A stretch of 64,000 nucleotides of DNA from Candidatus Poribacteria bacterium (GCA_965215015.1 OZ244042.1:1376001-1440000); one strand, 5' to 3'; positions 36,836 through 46,829 are shown, counted from the stretch's first letter. Program-made: numbers and translations. The notes: a model not told the origin generated them from the letters alone.

Positions 36836-39800
36836 GTGAAACATACGAAACCGGGCAGACATTCAGGGCTGCCCCTGCTAGTATCCCTCATATCCGGGCT
36901 ACCGATCATAGCAATCCTGCCGGTGATGGCTGCCGTGGATTGGAAGGCACTGGATGTCGGCAATCTGTCGTCTGCGGTCTACAACACTGCAGTCGTCGGC
37001 TACCCCAGCAACCCGACCGCAAACCCTTCAGGGTGGTGGCCCGCAGGCACAAACGATTCCTATATCTTTGAAGGAGATATCTGGATCGGTGCCAAAAAAG
37101 ATGGAGCGGTCGGTGTCTCCGCATCAGATGGCAGGCAAAGCGAAATCTGGCCCACCGACGATGTGCCTGAAGTGATTTCAAACAAGCCCGGTGTGACGAC
37201 AAAAGGAACCCCGACAAGCCAAGCGATCATGTTCAAATGCACCGACATGAACCCTGAAGCGAATCAGGGATTGATTCTCGGGTTAGAGCTGGAAGTCAAT
37301 GGCTTTCAATGGAGTTATGAACCGCTCTACGATTTCTTTATTCTAGAATACAAAGTTAACAACGTTGGTAGCGATCAACTTGAAGACCTGTTTATGGCGT
37401 TCCGATATGACGTAGACATCTCCAGCAATGAAACAGGCACAGCAAGCTACTCGGCTGATGACTTTATTGCGTTAGATGAAACGCCGGATGCTCTCAACCC
37501 CGATACACACCCGAACCGTTACCTCTCTTACGGGTTTTCCAACGCTTCCGCTCCCGGGTATATCGGTTTGCGGGTCTTGGATGCGTATGTGGGGGATAAC
37601 CCACAGGATGCCGGGGCAAAAATTCCTTTTACGGCGCACAAACGGATTACAATAGATACGGACCCAACGACCGATGCGGAGATGTACGCTTTAATCAGCA
37701 CCCCTGGTGTTGACCCACTTCCCGCAAACTACGACGATCAACGCTTTATTCAGTCTTATGGGCCCATAGCATCGCTCGCGCCCGGACAGGAGTTCACCTT
37801 CGTCACGGCAGTGGCTATCGGTGAGGGGCTTGCGGGTTTACAAGCGGCTGCGGACTGGGCGCAGAAGTTGTATGATGATGGCTATGTTGCACCTGCCCCG
37901 CCACCGTCTCCGCTGGTAACCGCTTATCCTGCCAACGGACAGGTGACGCTTGTCTGGGAAAGTGCTGAACGCTGGGTGGATCAGGGTGTCAATAAAAGTA
38001 TCGAAGAATATGTTGATTCCACCGACCCGGAGAAGATTTTTGAGGGCTACAGAGTCTACCGCCGAGATACCTCCTACGATCCGGATACCGGCAACCCTGT
38101 AGAAGATTGGGAGATGCTAATGGAGTTTGACAAACCGAGCGCAACCGGTAATTTCTTCACGGTCGCGCATGTCGGTAAACAGTCAGACGCTACCATTGCA
38201 AGTGGAGGCGATGAACCCTTTTTTGCTGACTTTTTCAAACATGCTGTCTATGCAATCAAATTCAATTCCAGCACCATTTTTGAGGTGATTAATACGACGC
38301 TATGGGAGGTTATAGCGCATAACCCCCAATTCCCGGCGAACGGTGAAGGATATGTTGTGGTGAAAGATCCGAATACAGGTGAAGCATATCCTGATGGAAC
38401 CTACCGTTCCGGTGCGCTAATCTACTTCGGGGGGTTGTATGTAGCAATTACGGACGGTCCTTCAGGGCCTCCTGTAGCTGGCGATATCTTTCGTGTCGTT
38501 TCCACGCCTTCACAGTCACTCGGTGAAGATGCAGGCATCAAGAATTTCTACATCGACGAAGGGTTGACCAACGGGCTTCAATACACCTATGCGGTGACTT
38601 CGTTCGATACCGGCAACCCGAAAACTGGGCTTATCTCAATGGAGAGCAGCCAGATTGAGACGATGGTTCACGTCGTTCCACGCGCCCAACCCGCTGGTTA
38701 TCGGGAAGCGATTGTTGACGTGGAGGGCAAAGGAGTAGGAACTGTTGCCGTTGAACCGATGGTCCTCGCACCAAATAAGGTGACCGGACATCAATATAAA
38801 ATCGTCTGGCAGAGTGCGAAACAAATAGGACCCGGTGCGTATATCACAGGGCCCGGCTATCAGCCACCCTCTTATGAGATTGTTAACATGACGACAAATC
38901 AAACAGTAGTGGAGCAGCAACCGTTTGAGTGGTATGATCCTGCTCACGGCGAGGCTGTTGAGGTACTCTCCCCGATGTTTGATGGAATCATCTTAAAGAT
39001 AACGGGCGTTGATGTTACTTACGGGAGTCCAACCGAAAATCCGATTAACAACGTCGAGCTGACCGCAGGCTCCGTTCCGGGGTGGACGGCGGACATCCAA
39101 TCACCCGGTGTTGGAGAGAATACCTGGCCTAACATCTTCTGGGCAACGTATTACCGTCCGCACAGGTATTCGATCACGTTTGTTGATGATACACACGTCA
39201 AGGTACTGGATGAAGATACGGGCGAGGAGATTCAATTCAACGACCAACGGGCAGATGGATACGCAATTCTAGGGGCAGGTTGGGTTGATACATATAACCG
39301 GGAAGCTACACCTGACTTTTTTCGGATTTACATTCGGGGTGGGTACGTCTTCATTAAAGATCCCAACCATGAAATCTCTGCTGGAGATGTATTCACCGTT
39401 GACATGGGGGGGATCAGCGCGCCGCGGGATGGCGACGAGTTTCTGATGATGACACAAGGCGCGTCGCTCGCCGCTGAAGACATCACAGCAGACCTAGAAC
39501 GAATCCGCGTCGTGCCAAATCCCTACTTTGTCACGAACAGGGCCGTGACTGCTGAAGGAACAGACAAAATTTTCTTCATGCACCTTCCGCCGCGGTGTAC
39601 TATTCGGATTTATACGATGGTGGGTGAATTGGTGCGGGAGATCGAACATGAGAGCTTCGCACCTTTCGACGCAGATGAACGTTTGGCACAGGGCGACAAG
39701 GGCGGTACAGAGACATTCGATCTCCTTAACCTCTACAATCAAGCCCTTGCGAGTGGAGTCTATATCTATCATATTGAAGCACAAGATGACAGCAATAATG

Positions 39801-39841
39801 TTATCGGGAATAAAATCGGTCGATTTGCAATCATTCGATAA
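36836..39841 (+). CDS. Large secreted protein with FN3-like modules and T9SS type-A-like C-terminal domain
   Basis: RBS AGGAGG before GTG 36836; signal peptide; PPPSP..VTLVW..FEGYRVYR and NGLQYTYAVTSFD; CTD IRVVPNPY..IRIYTMVGELVR..LASGVYIYHI..KIGRFAIIR. Confidence 0.8.
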   Translation: MKHTKPGRHSGLPLLVSLISGLPIIAILPVMAAVDWKALDVGNLSSAVYNTAVVGYPSNPTANPSGWWPAGTNDSYIFEGDIWIGAKKDGAVGVSASDGRQSEIWPTDDVPEVISNKPGVTTKGTPTSQAIMFKCTDMNPEANQGLILGLELEVNGFQWSYEPLYDFFILEYKVNNVGSDQLEDLFMAFRYDVDISSNETGTASYSADDFIALDETPDALNPDTHPNRYLSYGFSNASAPGYIGLRVLDAYVGDNPQDAGAKIPFTAHKRITIDTDPTTDAEMYALISTPGVDPLPANYDDQRFIQSYGPIASLAPGQEFTFVTAVAIGEGLAGLQAAADWAQKLYDDGYVAPAPPPSPLVTAYPANGQVTLVWESAERWVDQGVNKSIEEYVDSTDPEKIFEGYRVYRRDTSYDPDTGNPVEDWEMLMEFDKPSATGNFFTVAHVGKQSDATIASGGDEPFFADFFKHAVYAIKFNSSTIFEVINTTLWEVIAHNPQFPANGEGYVVVKDPNTGEAYPDGTYRSGALIYFGGLYVAITDGPSGPPVAGDIFRVVSTPSQSLGEDAGIKNFYIDEGLTNGLQYTYAVTSFDTGNPKTGLISMESSQIETMVHVVPRAQPAGYREAIVDVEGKGVGTVAVEPMVLAPNKVTGHQYKIVWQSAKQIGPGAYITGPGYQPPSYEIVNMTTNQTVVEQQPFEWYDPAHGEAVEVLSPMFDGIILKITGVDVTYGSPTENPINNVELTAGSVPGWTADIQSPGVGENTWPNIFWATYYRPHRYSITFVDDTHVKVLDEDTGEEIQFNDQRADGYAILGAGWVDTYNREATPDFFRIYIRGGYVFIKDPNHEISAGDVFTVDMGGISAPRDGDEFLMMTQGASLAAEDITADLERIRVVPNPYFVTNRAVTAEGTDKIFFMHLPPRCTIRIYTMVGELVREIEHESFAPFDADERLAQGDKGGTETFDLLNLYNQALASGVYIYHIEAQDDSNNVIGNKIGRFAIIR

Positions 39842-39846
39842 AGGGG

Positions 39847-40350
39847 TAGGACTTACGCAGTTGACCCCCCGAAGCCTTGTAGGTCGAGATTCATCTCTCG
39901 ATAAAACACCCGGACTATAGCGCAATGTCCCGGGCGGATTGAATCTGAATTGTTACCCCATCGTGTCTGGTATTCTGTAGCGCAATATTCTCTGTATTTT
40001 CGATTTTTGAAAATTGACAGACACAAGTCCTATGCTGGTGCATTTCGCAGTTTAGTACCCCCAATTTCAGCGAGGATGGTCTCTGCACCACGATTGCCGA
40101 TTTGGTGAGTCTGCCTCTCACCGCCTGATGAATCGGGTGGTGACAGTGAATTCTAAAGGAGGCGGCACGATCCGCGTGCCCTTCCTCTGCTTGCGGGCGG
40201 ATAGAGGGAGATTAGGGGGACAACCCACCGGGTATTTACGGGGGAAGGGGAGGACAGCATACGGCGTATGCCGACTCCTGTCGGGCGATTTAGCGTCTAT
40301 CGTGCCGCGGGTTGAATGGCGTTACGACATACTCAAGTGCGTAACGCCTA
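39847..40350 (+). mobile_element. MITE family B composite copy (504 bp)
   Basis: TAGGACTTACGCAGTTG...GTGCGTAACGCCTA; interior shares blocks with 44190..44270 and 44503..44560. Confidence 0.7.
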
Positions 40351-40364
40351 AAAAGGGTAAGCAC

Positions 40365-41468
40365 ATGCGTAATACCATTTTTGTGAATCGAACAACGGGG
40401 CGATTTGCCTCAACAATTTCTACTTTCTTCATTGCCGTTACGCTTTTATGGACGGTTCCTAGTGATGCAACCACCAATGTCGGAACTGCCGGTGCACAGT
40501 TTCTGAAAATTGGCCCCGGGGCACGGGTGGACAGTTTGGGCGGTGCGTTCGGCGGGCTTGCCAACGATGCCACCAGCATCTACTGGAATCCAGCCGGGTT
40601 AAGCCAACTCAAACAGACCAGCTTTTCAGACACGCATACAATATGGCTTGCTGACATCCGATACAACTATCTCGCGTTCGCCACGCCAATAGAAAAGGTC
40701 GGCACCTTGGGCGCAAGCGTTACATTCCTCAACGTCCCCGATATGGAAATTACAACGCTTGCAAAACCGGATGGGACCGGACTTTGGTTCTCGGCATGGG
40801 ATGCGGCGGTATCGGTGGCGTACTCCCGACAACTCTACGAAAAAGAGTCGGGAGTCAACCTCTCCTTCGGTGTTAATGCTAAATACATCCATCAGCAGAT
40901 TCATCGGGAAAGTGCCACCGGGGTTGCCCTTGATGTTGGGACTTTATACCATACAGGTTGGAGAAGTTTACGCATTGGGATGTGTTTCTCGAACTTCGGT
41001 CCCGAGATGCGTTTCAGCGGTCCAGACCTCGCGACCGGTGCCGAAGAAGCGGGAGACTCTAGAAACGCGGCCTATCGTCCCTATCCGGATACAACGAATC
41101 CGACGCGAAAGGCTGAATTAGAAACCGTGGAGTTTCCGTTGCCGTCCAATTTCCGCCTCGGCCTCGCCTACGATTTGCTTGATATCGGTGACAACCTCCT
41201 CACCGTCGCCCTTGATGCCAATCATCCGAATGATAATAGTGAACGGTTGAACCTCGGATTAGAGTATTGGTATAGAAAAATGGCAGCGATTCGTGGGGGT
41301 TATAAATTCCGTTTGGGGCCCGAACGGAGTGACGATGAGGAAGGGTTAACGCTCGGCTTGGGTATCCGCATAAATTTTGTCGAAACAATGCTCTTTCTGG
41401 ATTATGCGTTTGCCGATTTTGGGTATCTGCAACAGGCGCATCGTGTGAGCCTAGGTCTGAAATTCTAA
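40365..41468 (+). CDS. PorV/PorQ-family (UPF0164) outer-membrane barrel
   Basis: GTAGAQFLKIGPGAR..LGGA....NDATSIYWNPAGL, ALDVG, GLEYWY, DYAF..FG.L...HRVSLGLKF. Confidence 0.85.
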   Translation: MRNTIFVNRTTGRFASTISTFFIAVTLLWTVPSDATTNVGTAGAQFLKIGPGARVDSLGGAFGGLANDATSIYWNPAGLSQLKQTSFSDTHTIWLADIRYNYLAFATPIEKVGTLGASVTFLNVPDMEITTLAKPDGTGLWFSAWDAAVSVAYSRQLYEKESGVNLSFGVNAKYIHQQIHRESATGVALDVGTLYHTGWRSLRIGMCFSNFGPEMRFSGPDLATGAEEAGDSRNAAYRPYPDTTNPTRKAELETVEFPLPSNFRLGLAYDLLDIGDNLLTVALDANHPNDNSERLNLGLEYWYRKMAAIRGGYKFRLGPERSDDEEGLTLGLGIRINFVETMLFLDYAFADFGYLQQAHRVSLGLKF

Positions 41469-41511
41469 GAACTTCTACAAAAACCCGCTATCGGAGCAAA
41501 GGAGCTATACC

Positions 41512-42762
41512 GTGCTTTTCAACAAAACTCGTGCACAGGAGTATATGCGCTGTTACGGTGTGGAGGTCTTGGTGGCGACCTCACCTGTCAACATTACCTA
41601 TTTTTCGGATTATCGGTGCTGGATCGATCCGCTGTTCAAAGCGTATATGATGGTGCCGGGTGCACCAAGCGATCCCGATCTGACCGCCGCTTATGCAATC
41701 TTCCCACTAGAAAGCGAACCTGCACTTGTGGTAAGTCCGACATTTGCAGTAAACGCGTCCGACCTGTGGGTGCGAGACGTGCATATCTTCGGAGATCATG
41801 GGTTAGACGATACCTTACCACTACCGGCGTTATCCGACGTGGAACAACGCATTTTCGATATACTCCACAGATCGCAGCAAAACAACACACCGACCGATGC
41901 GCTCTTGAGCCTTCTCAAGGGACGAGGGTTGACCGAGGCTCGAGTCGGAATTGAGATGGAAGGGTTATCACCAAGGGCAAAAAATGCAATCGAGGCAGGG
42001 CTGCCAAAAGCGCAGATCAAGGATTGCTCAAATCTTATTCGTCTCATTCGGATGGTCAAGACCGAAGATGAGTTGTCACGGTTGACCCGTTCTGCGGAAA
42101 TCAGCGAGGCAGCGGCGATGAAAGCACTCGCGCTCGCTCAACCGGGGCAGCCAATCACCGACGTAGTTCAGCACTATCGGCAGCAGATTGCCAAGGCGGG
42201 TGCAGATTTCGATCACTTTGCGTTCGGGGTGCGTGGCTTGGGGCTTGCCACAGAGCCAAACTATATCCTGACTGATGACGACATACTCTATGTAGACTTT
42301 GGCTGCATTTACGAAGGGTGTTTCTCTGACAGTGGTACGACATTGGCAATGCGTGAACCGTCGGCAGTGTTAATTGACAGGCATAGAGCGTTGCGGGAAT
42401 GTGTTGAGGCAGGGGTGGAGGAGATGACACCGGGGGCAAAAGCATCTGCCGCTCAAGCTGCTATGTGGGAAATGCTCAACGCACACGGCATTACAGCCTC
42501 GTCTCCGCATGGACACGGACTAGGCTTGGAAGTCCGTGATTACCCGATTATCGTTGCAGACAATGGGCAGCGGATTCATGATGATTGTGTGGATATTCCT
42601 TCCGATCTGCCGCTTGAGGTGGACATGGTTCTCAATCTGGAAGCGATGATTTCGATGCCGGGTGTTGGATCGCTACACATTGAGAAATCGTTCCTCGTAA
42701 CCCCTGACGGTAGTCGCCCGCTGATTCCACAGGATCGGACGCGACCGGTGCAACCGGACTAA
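41512..42762 (+). CDS. M24 Xaa-Pro peptidase family protein
   Basis: RMVKTEDE, VDFG....FSD, HGHGLGLE, NLE, HIE metal ligands; RBS AAGGAG. Confidence 0.88.
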   Translation: MLFNKTRAQEYMRCYGVEVLVATSPVNITYFSDYRCWIDPLFKAYMMVPGAPSDPDLTAAYAIFPLESEPALVVSPTFAVNASDLWVRDVHIFGDHGLDDTLPLPALSDVEQRIFDILHRSQQNNTPTDALLSLLKGRGLTEARVGIEMEGLSPRAKNAIEAGLPKAQIKDCSNLIRLIRMVKTEDELSRLTRSAEISEAAAMKALALAQPGQPITDVVQHYRQQIAKAGADFDHFAFGVRGLGLATEPNYILTDDDILYVDFGCIYEGCFSDSGTTLAMREPSAVLIDRHRALRECVEAGVEEMTPGAKASAAQAAMWEMLNAHGITASSPHGHGLGLEVRDYPIIVADNGQRIHDDCVDIPSDLPLEVDMVLNLEAMISMPGVGSLHIEKSFLVTPDGSRPLIPQDRTRPVQPD

Positions 42763-42767
42763 GCAAG

Positions 42768-42824
42768 TAGGGGCGAGATAACCCCGCCCCTACGGTTTCT
42801 GTTACACGATTTCTTAACATGGAC
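42768..42824 (+). repeat. GTAG REP-like hairpin plus right end of MITE family A
   Basis: GTAGGGGCGAGATAACCCCGCCCCTAC-GGTTTCTGTTACACGATTTCTTAACATGGAC. Confidence 0.65.
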
Positions 42825-42832
42825 GAATCAGT

Positions 42833-43720
42833 TTAGACACGGACAAACTTCTGTAATCGCTGTCCACGCCCCGCCTCACCGATTTCAGCAACATAGATGC
42901 TTCCTTCGTCATCAACGCAAAGTCCGTGTGGCGACTGGACAATACCGTTGTTTGTCGCCCCGGAGAACCGACTCAGTCGCTCTCCCTCCGGGGTCCAAAC
43001 GCTGACATGCCCGCCTGTTCCCTGCTCGACCACATAAATCATGTTGTCATCAGTGACCCACACATCGCCGGGGGCCGACACATCCGTCCACGTTTCGATG
43101 TGTTTCCCATCCGGATCGAAGATCTGGATCCGATTGTTCTCGCGGTCGCAGACGATGACGCGCCCCGTTTTATCACAGCCAATGTTATGGACCACTGCGA
43201 ATTCGCCTGGACCGCTGCCCGCTTCACCCCAAGCCAGAAGATGCTCTCCCTCTTTGGAATACTTGTGAACGAGACGGTTGCCGTATCCGTCCGAGACGTA
43301 GATTTCCCCTTCTGGACCGAGTGCCACGCCGGTAGGCATATTATACTCGCGTTTGTGGTATGTCACGCCAGCGACGCCGCGTGTTCCCCACTCGCGCTCC
43401 AAATCACCGAGCAGCGTGTAGCGGCGTACGATATGCTGCCACGCATCGGTCAGATAAACTTCATCGTCGGGGCCGATGAAGATTCCGTGTGATTGGCTAA
43501 TCAAGTGTGGGGAGACACCAAAATCCCCATACCCCCACGAGGTCACGAAGTTTCCCTCTTTGTCAAAAACAATAACCGGATGTATACCGCGGGTAAAGGC
43601 GAAGATTCGTCCCTTGGAGTCAATTGCTGCATCCGACACCATAGAGAAAACCCAACCCTCTGGCAGCTTTGGCCACCCATCAACTAACTCATATTTATAA
43701 TCGCCCTCTCCTAATGCCAT
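42833..43720 (-). CDS. NHL-repeat protein (peptidyl-alpha-hydroxyglycine lyase-like)
   Basis: WPKLPEGW, PTGVA..G.IYVSDGYGN, GSGPGEF..VH, DRENNRIQIFD, PHG. Confidence 0.88.
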   Translation of the reverse strand: MALGEGDYKYELVDGWPKLPEGWVFSMVSDAAIDSKGRIFAFTRGIHPVIVFDKEGNFVTSWGYGDFGVSPHLISQSHGIFIGPDDEVYLTDAWQHIVRRYTLLGDLEREWGTRGVAGVTYHKREYNMPTGVALGPEGEIYVSDGYGNRLVHKYSKEGEHLLAWGEAGSGPGEFAVVHNIGCDKTGRVIVCDRENNRIQIFDPDGKHIETWTDVSAPGDVWVTDDNMIYVVEQGTGGHVSVWTPEGERLSRFSGATNNGIVQSPHGLCVDDEGSIYVAEIGEAGRGQRLQKFVRV

Positions 43721-43760
43721 GTTATACCTCCAAAATTGAAGTTTGAAATGATACGTTCTT

Positions 43761-43923
43761 TAGGACTTACGCAGTTGAATGCTCAAAGCCTTGTCGTTCG
43801 GCGATTTATCGCCGCTCGACACCGTTGCCAACGCCCGATGAATCGGGCAACTCCAGGGGAGACTCCATAAGGAATCCGTAGGGCACACCGACCGATATTC
43901 CCGACTGAAATGCGTAACTCCTA
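43761..43923 (+). mobile_element. MITE family B copy (163 bp)
   Basis: TAGGACTTACGCAGTTGAATGCTCAA...TGCGTAACTCCTA; same length and layout as 5788..5950. Confidence 0.8.
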
Positions 43924-44071
43924 GTTCTTATTTTGACCCAAGTGAAACGTCATGCGTAAACGATCAGAGTCGCGATTCGGAGGGTACACCTCCTACCGTC
44001 AGTTTTATGTAGGAGAGAATTCCGATTCTCGACGCCTGTTGCGTCGGTTTCTAACACTTGGTTCATCAACA

Positions 44072-44317
44072 TAGGCTCTGTTGACATTTGACAAATTGAG
44101 CTCATCTCTGCTTCGAGAATCTTCAATGGGCGGGCACCCCTACGTTGGGTAGATTCTTGTAGGGGAACCCCAAGGGGTGCCCTACTGTAGATCGATTTTC
44201 CAAAATCGAAAATACCGAGAACATTGCGCTAGGGTCCGGGTGTTTTATCGAGATATGAATCTCGACCGACTTACAGCATTTGTGGAATTAGCGGCAGCAA
44301 AATGTCAACACGCCCTA
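44072..44317 (-). mobile_element. MITE family D copy (246 bp)
   Basis: TAGGCTCTGTTGACATTTG...AAATGTCAACACGCCCTA. Confidence 0.75.
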
Positions 44318-44597
44318 GCAACTTGCACTATTTTAGCATGTTTATCAGTTTGGATCAACAACAAAGCAAAACTTGTAAGACTTACAATGTTTATGGTTGG
44401 TTGAGCCAGGACTCTAGCGCAATAGTCATGATATCCTTGGTGACACATCACCGGACAATACGACTCGCGACGCCCGATGAATCGGGCAACTCCAGTTCAG
44501 CAGACAGGAGTTGGCACGCTCCACGTGCCCTCCCCCTACTAAATACCCGGTGGGTTGTCCGTCAGTTCCTGGCTCATTGAGCCTAGAACTGTCTGAT

Positions 44598-44648
44598 ACC
44601 GTGTGGGTATTCGGGACTGAGGGGGGTAATCCCGAATACCCACACGGT
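44598..44648. repeat. Perfect 19-bp inverted repeat with 13-nt loop
   Basis: ACCGTGTGGGTATTCGGGA-ctgaggggggtaa-TCCCGAATACCCACACGGT. Confidence 0.9.
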
Positions 44649-44741
44649 TCTCTTCCCCCTACTTGCGGGGATAGAGTTACCCCCTGATAAATTGGGAGAC
44701 AAGCCCCTGTAGCTTCGGTTGCACTAATTCCTTACATGAGC

Positions 44742-44800
44742 AAAAAAAAGGTTCGCATGGGAAAGGAATAAAACAATTTCATTCCTCTCCTATGTGAACC
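44742..44800 (-). terminator. Intrinsic terminator downstream of rpoZ
   Basis: GGTTCACATAGGAGAGGAAT...ATTCCTTTCCCATGCGAACC followed by T8 on the minus strand. Confidence 0.7.
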
Positions 44801-44933
44801 CATAAAACCAACATAGTAGCGACTATTTTTTTTGAAGAGAGTCTTTCGAGTGACGCAGCGATAGCGATCTCGAACTTCAAAGGATGGAAATTTTTTCACC
44901 ACACATTCTATCAAATCATACAGGGCAATTAAT

Positions 44934-45299
44934 TTACAGCCCTTCTTCCGTCTCCTCCGGATCTGTCACATCGTCCTCTTCATGGTATTCTTCGGTTGGC
45001 TGAAGCTCTTTCAACCCCACTGCCTCCTCGTCCTCCTCGCTATCTATGGAAGGGACGCTATCTATGGAAGGGAATGGTGAATCTTCTGAGGGCTCATCCG
45101 GTTGATCTAACTCCTCGAATTCGATTCGCCCCGATCTGAGCTCATCAATTGCAATTGTTACAGGCTTTTCAGCATTAGCAACCAACATAGGCAAGCTACT
45201 TTCAGCATTGATTTCGCGTGCCCGTTTCGCTGCGATATTCACAGACAAATACTTGTTACCGCCATTCTCCAAGATTTCCTCAAGATAGATTAGTGGCAT
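44934..45299 (-). CDS. rpoZ: RNA polymerase omega subunit with long acidic tail
   Basis: NKYLSVNIAAKRAREI...KPVTIAIDELRSGRI; GAGG RBS before ATG 45299. Confidence 0.85.
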   Translation of the reverse strand: MPLIYLEEILENGGNKYLSVNIAAKRAREINAESSLPMLVANAEKPVTIAIDELRSGRIEFEELDQPDEPSEDSPFPSIDSVPSIDSEEDEEAVGLKELQPTEEYHEEDDVTDPEETEEGL

Positions 45300-45524
45300 T
45301 CTGAGTGACCTCGCTATTGATGGGTAATTTGGGTAAATCCAATTTGAGAGGTATATCTTATCAGCGATTACCCGAATTGTCAAGATAATTTCTACCAGTC
45401 CAATCAACCAGACATATCAAATCAGATCCTGATTCCGTTTGTCTATCGTCAAATGGGTAAACCAATCTTATGGTGTTTCGTCCAACTATCGGAAAGAAAA
45501 TTAGGCTGAATAGGAGGGATACCA

Positions 45525-46829
45525 TTGAGAATTGGTGAAGGATTTTTAGTTGGGTTAGCAGCGATTCACACGAATAAGATGCGATCGCTCTTGACGATGC
45601 TTGGGATTGTCATCGGTATCGCTTCTGTGCTAGCGATGATTGCCATCGGTGATGGAGCAAAGATAATCGTGCTTCAGGATGCCCAAAAAATTGGTGGTGC
45701 TAATCAAGTTACGCTGTATCGAAGCGGCCATATCCGCAAAGGCAATCGCTGGGTGCGGAATCGCAGCAACGAATACTTTGAGTATGGAGATGTGCTTGCT
45801 ATTGAAGCCGAATGTCCTTCTGTCGAAGGGGTCATCCCTCGCATTCCGCAGTGGCGGGGGGTACTTGTACAAGCAGAGGGTGGGGCAGAAAAGCGGACAG
45901 GGTATGAAGGAATTACGTCTTTCTACCGAATCGGGATGAACTGGGAGCCTGCAACGGGGCGTTTTATTACAGAAGAGGATGTTGCAGATCGGTCTAAAGT
46001 CTGTGTCCTCGGATCGGAGGTAGCGAGCGAACTCTTTCAGGGTCAAGATCCAATTGGTAAAACAATCAAAATCGCACGCGGTAGTGGCAATAGATTCCGT
46101 CGCTGGCAGCAGCGCAGCCAAGACAGAAGTATGGAGCGGTTTACCATTGTCGGCGTGATGGAGCCACGCGGGAGGAGTCTCCGTTTTGGATGGAATTTGG
46201 ATGACCGGGTGTTGCTTCCCCTGACAACTGTTCAGGAACGGTTTACCGGTAATGACCGGGTCACAATGATTTCCGTCCAAGCAAAAAATATGGAATTGGT
46301 TGACCAAGTCAAGGAAGAGGTTACGGCAGTGATTCGGCAACGGCACCGCAATCAGGACAATTTCTTTAATGTCTGGGAGATGAAAGAGGGCATGGAACAA
46401 CTGTTCAAAATTAGCCAGATTATCAAAATTGTGCTTGGTGTTATCGCTGGATTTTCATTGCTTGTTGGTGGCATCGGCATTATGAACATGATGTTGGTCT
46501 CTGTAACCGAACGGACCCGCGAGATTGGCTTGCGAAAAGCAATCGGTGCTAAAAGTCGGGACATCCTCTTGCAATTCTTGGTTGAAGCGATTGCGATGTG
46601 CAGTGTCGGGGGCATTATAGGTATTGGATTGGGTGTTGCTGCCGGACATGGGATGGCGAATGTTGCGGTGAACATTGTTAAAATTGTCCCGGAGTGGCCC
46701 GCTGTCATCTCTACGGAATGGATGGTTATTTCGGTTGCCTTTTCAGCACTTATTGGTATTGTCTTCGGCGTCTATCCCGCGGTCAAAGCCGCACAACTTT
46801 CGCCCATCGAAGCGTTGCGGACGGAATAA
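45525..46829 (+). CDS. MacB/FtsX-type ABC permease 1 (no ATPase domain)
   Basis: NKMRSLLTMLGIVIG, GGIGIMNMMLVSVTERTREIGLRKA, PAVKAAQLSPIEALR; TTG start with GGAGG. Confidence 0.92.
   Translation: MRIGEGFLVGLAAIHTNKMRSLLTMLGIVIGIASVLAMIAIGDGAKIIVLQDAQKIGGANQVTLYRSGHIRKGNRWVRNRSNEYFEYGDVLAIEAECPSVEGVIPRIPQWRGVLVQAEGGAEKRTGYEGITSFYRIGMNWEPATGRFITEEDVADRSKVCVLGSEVASELFQGQDPIGKTIKIARGSGNRFRRWQQRSQDRSMERFTIVGVMEPRGRSLRFGWNLDDRVLLPLTTVQERFTGNDRVTMISVQAKNMELVDQVKEEVTAVIRQRHRNQDNFFNVWEMKEGMEQLFKISQIIKIVLGVIAGFSLLVGGIGIMNMMLVSVTERTREIGLRKAIGAKSRDILLQFLVEAIAMCSVGGIIGIGLGVAAGHGMANVAVNIVKIVPEWPAVISTEWMVISVAFSALIGIVFGVYPAVKAAQLSPIEALRTE

Noticed and set aside
40128-40364. 79-aa N-terminal extension of the PorV-like ORF
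   Set aside because: Lies almost entirely inside the MITE at 39847..40350; the signal-peptide-bearing start is ATG 40365
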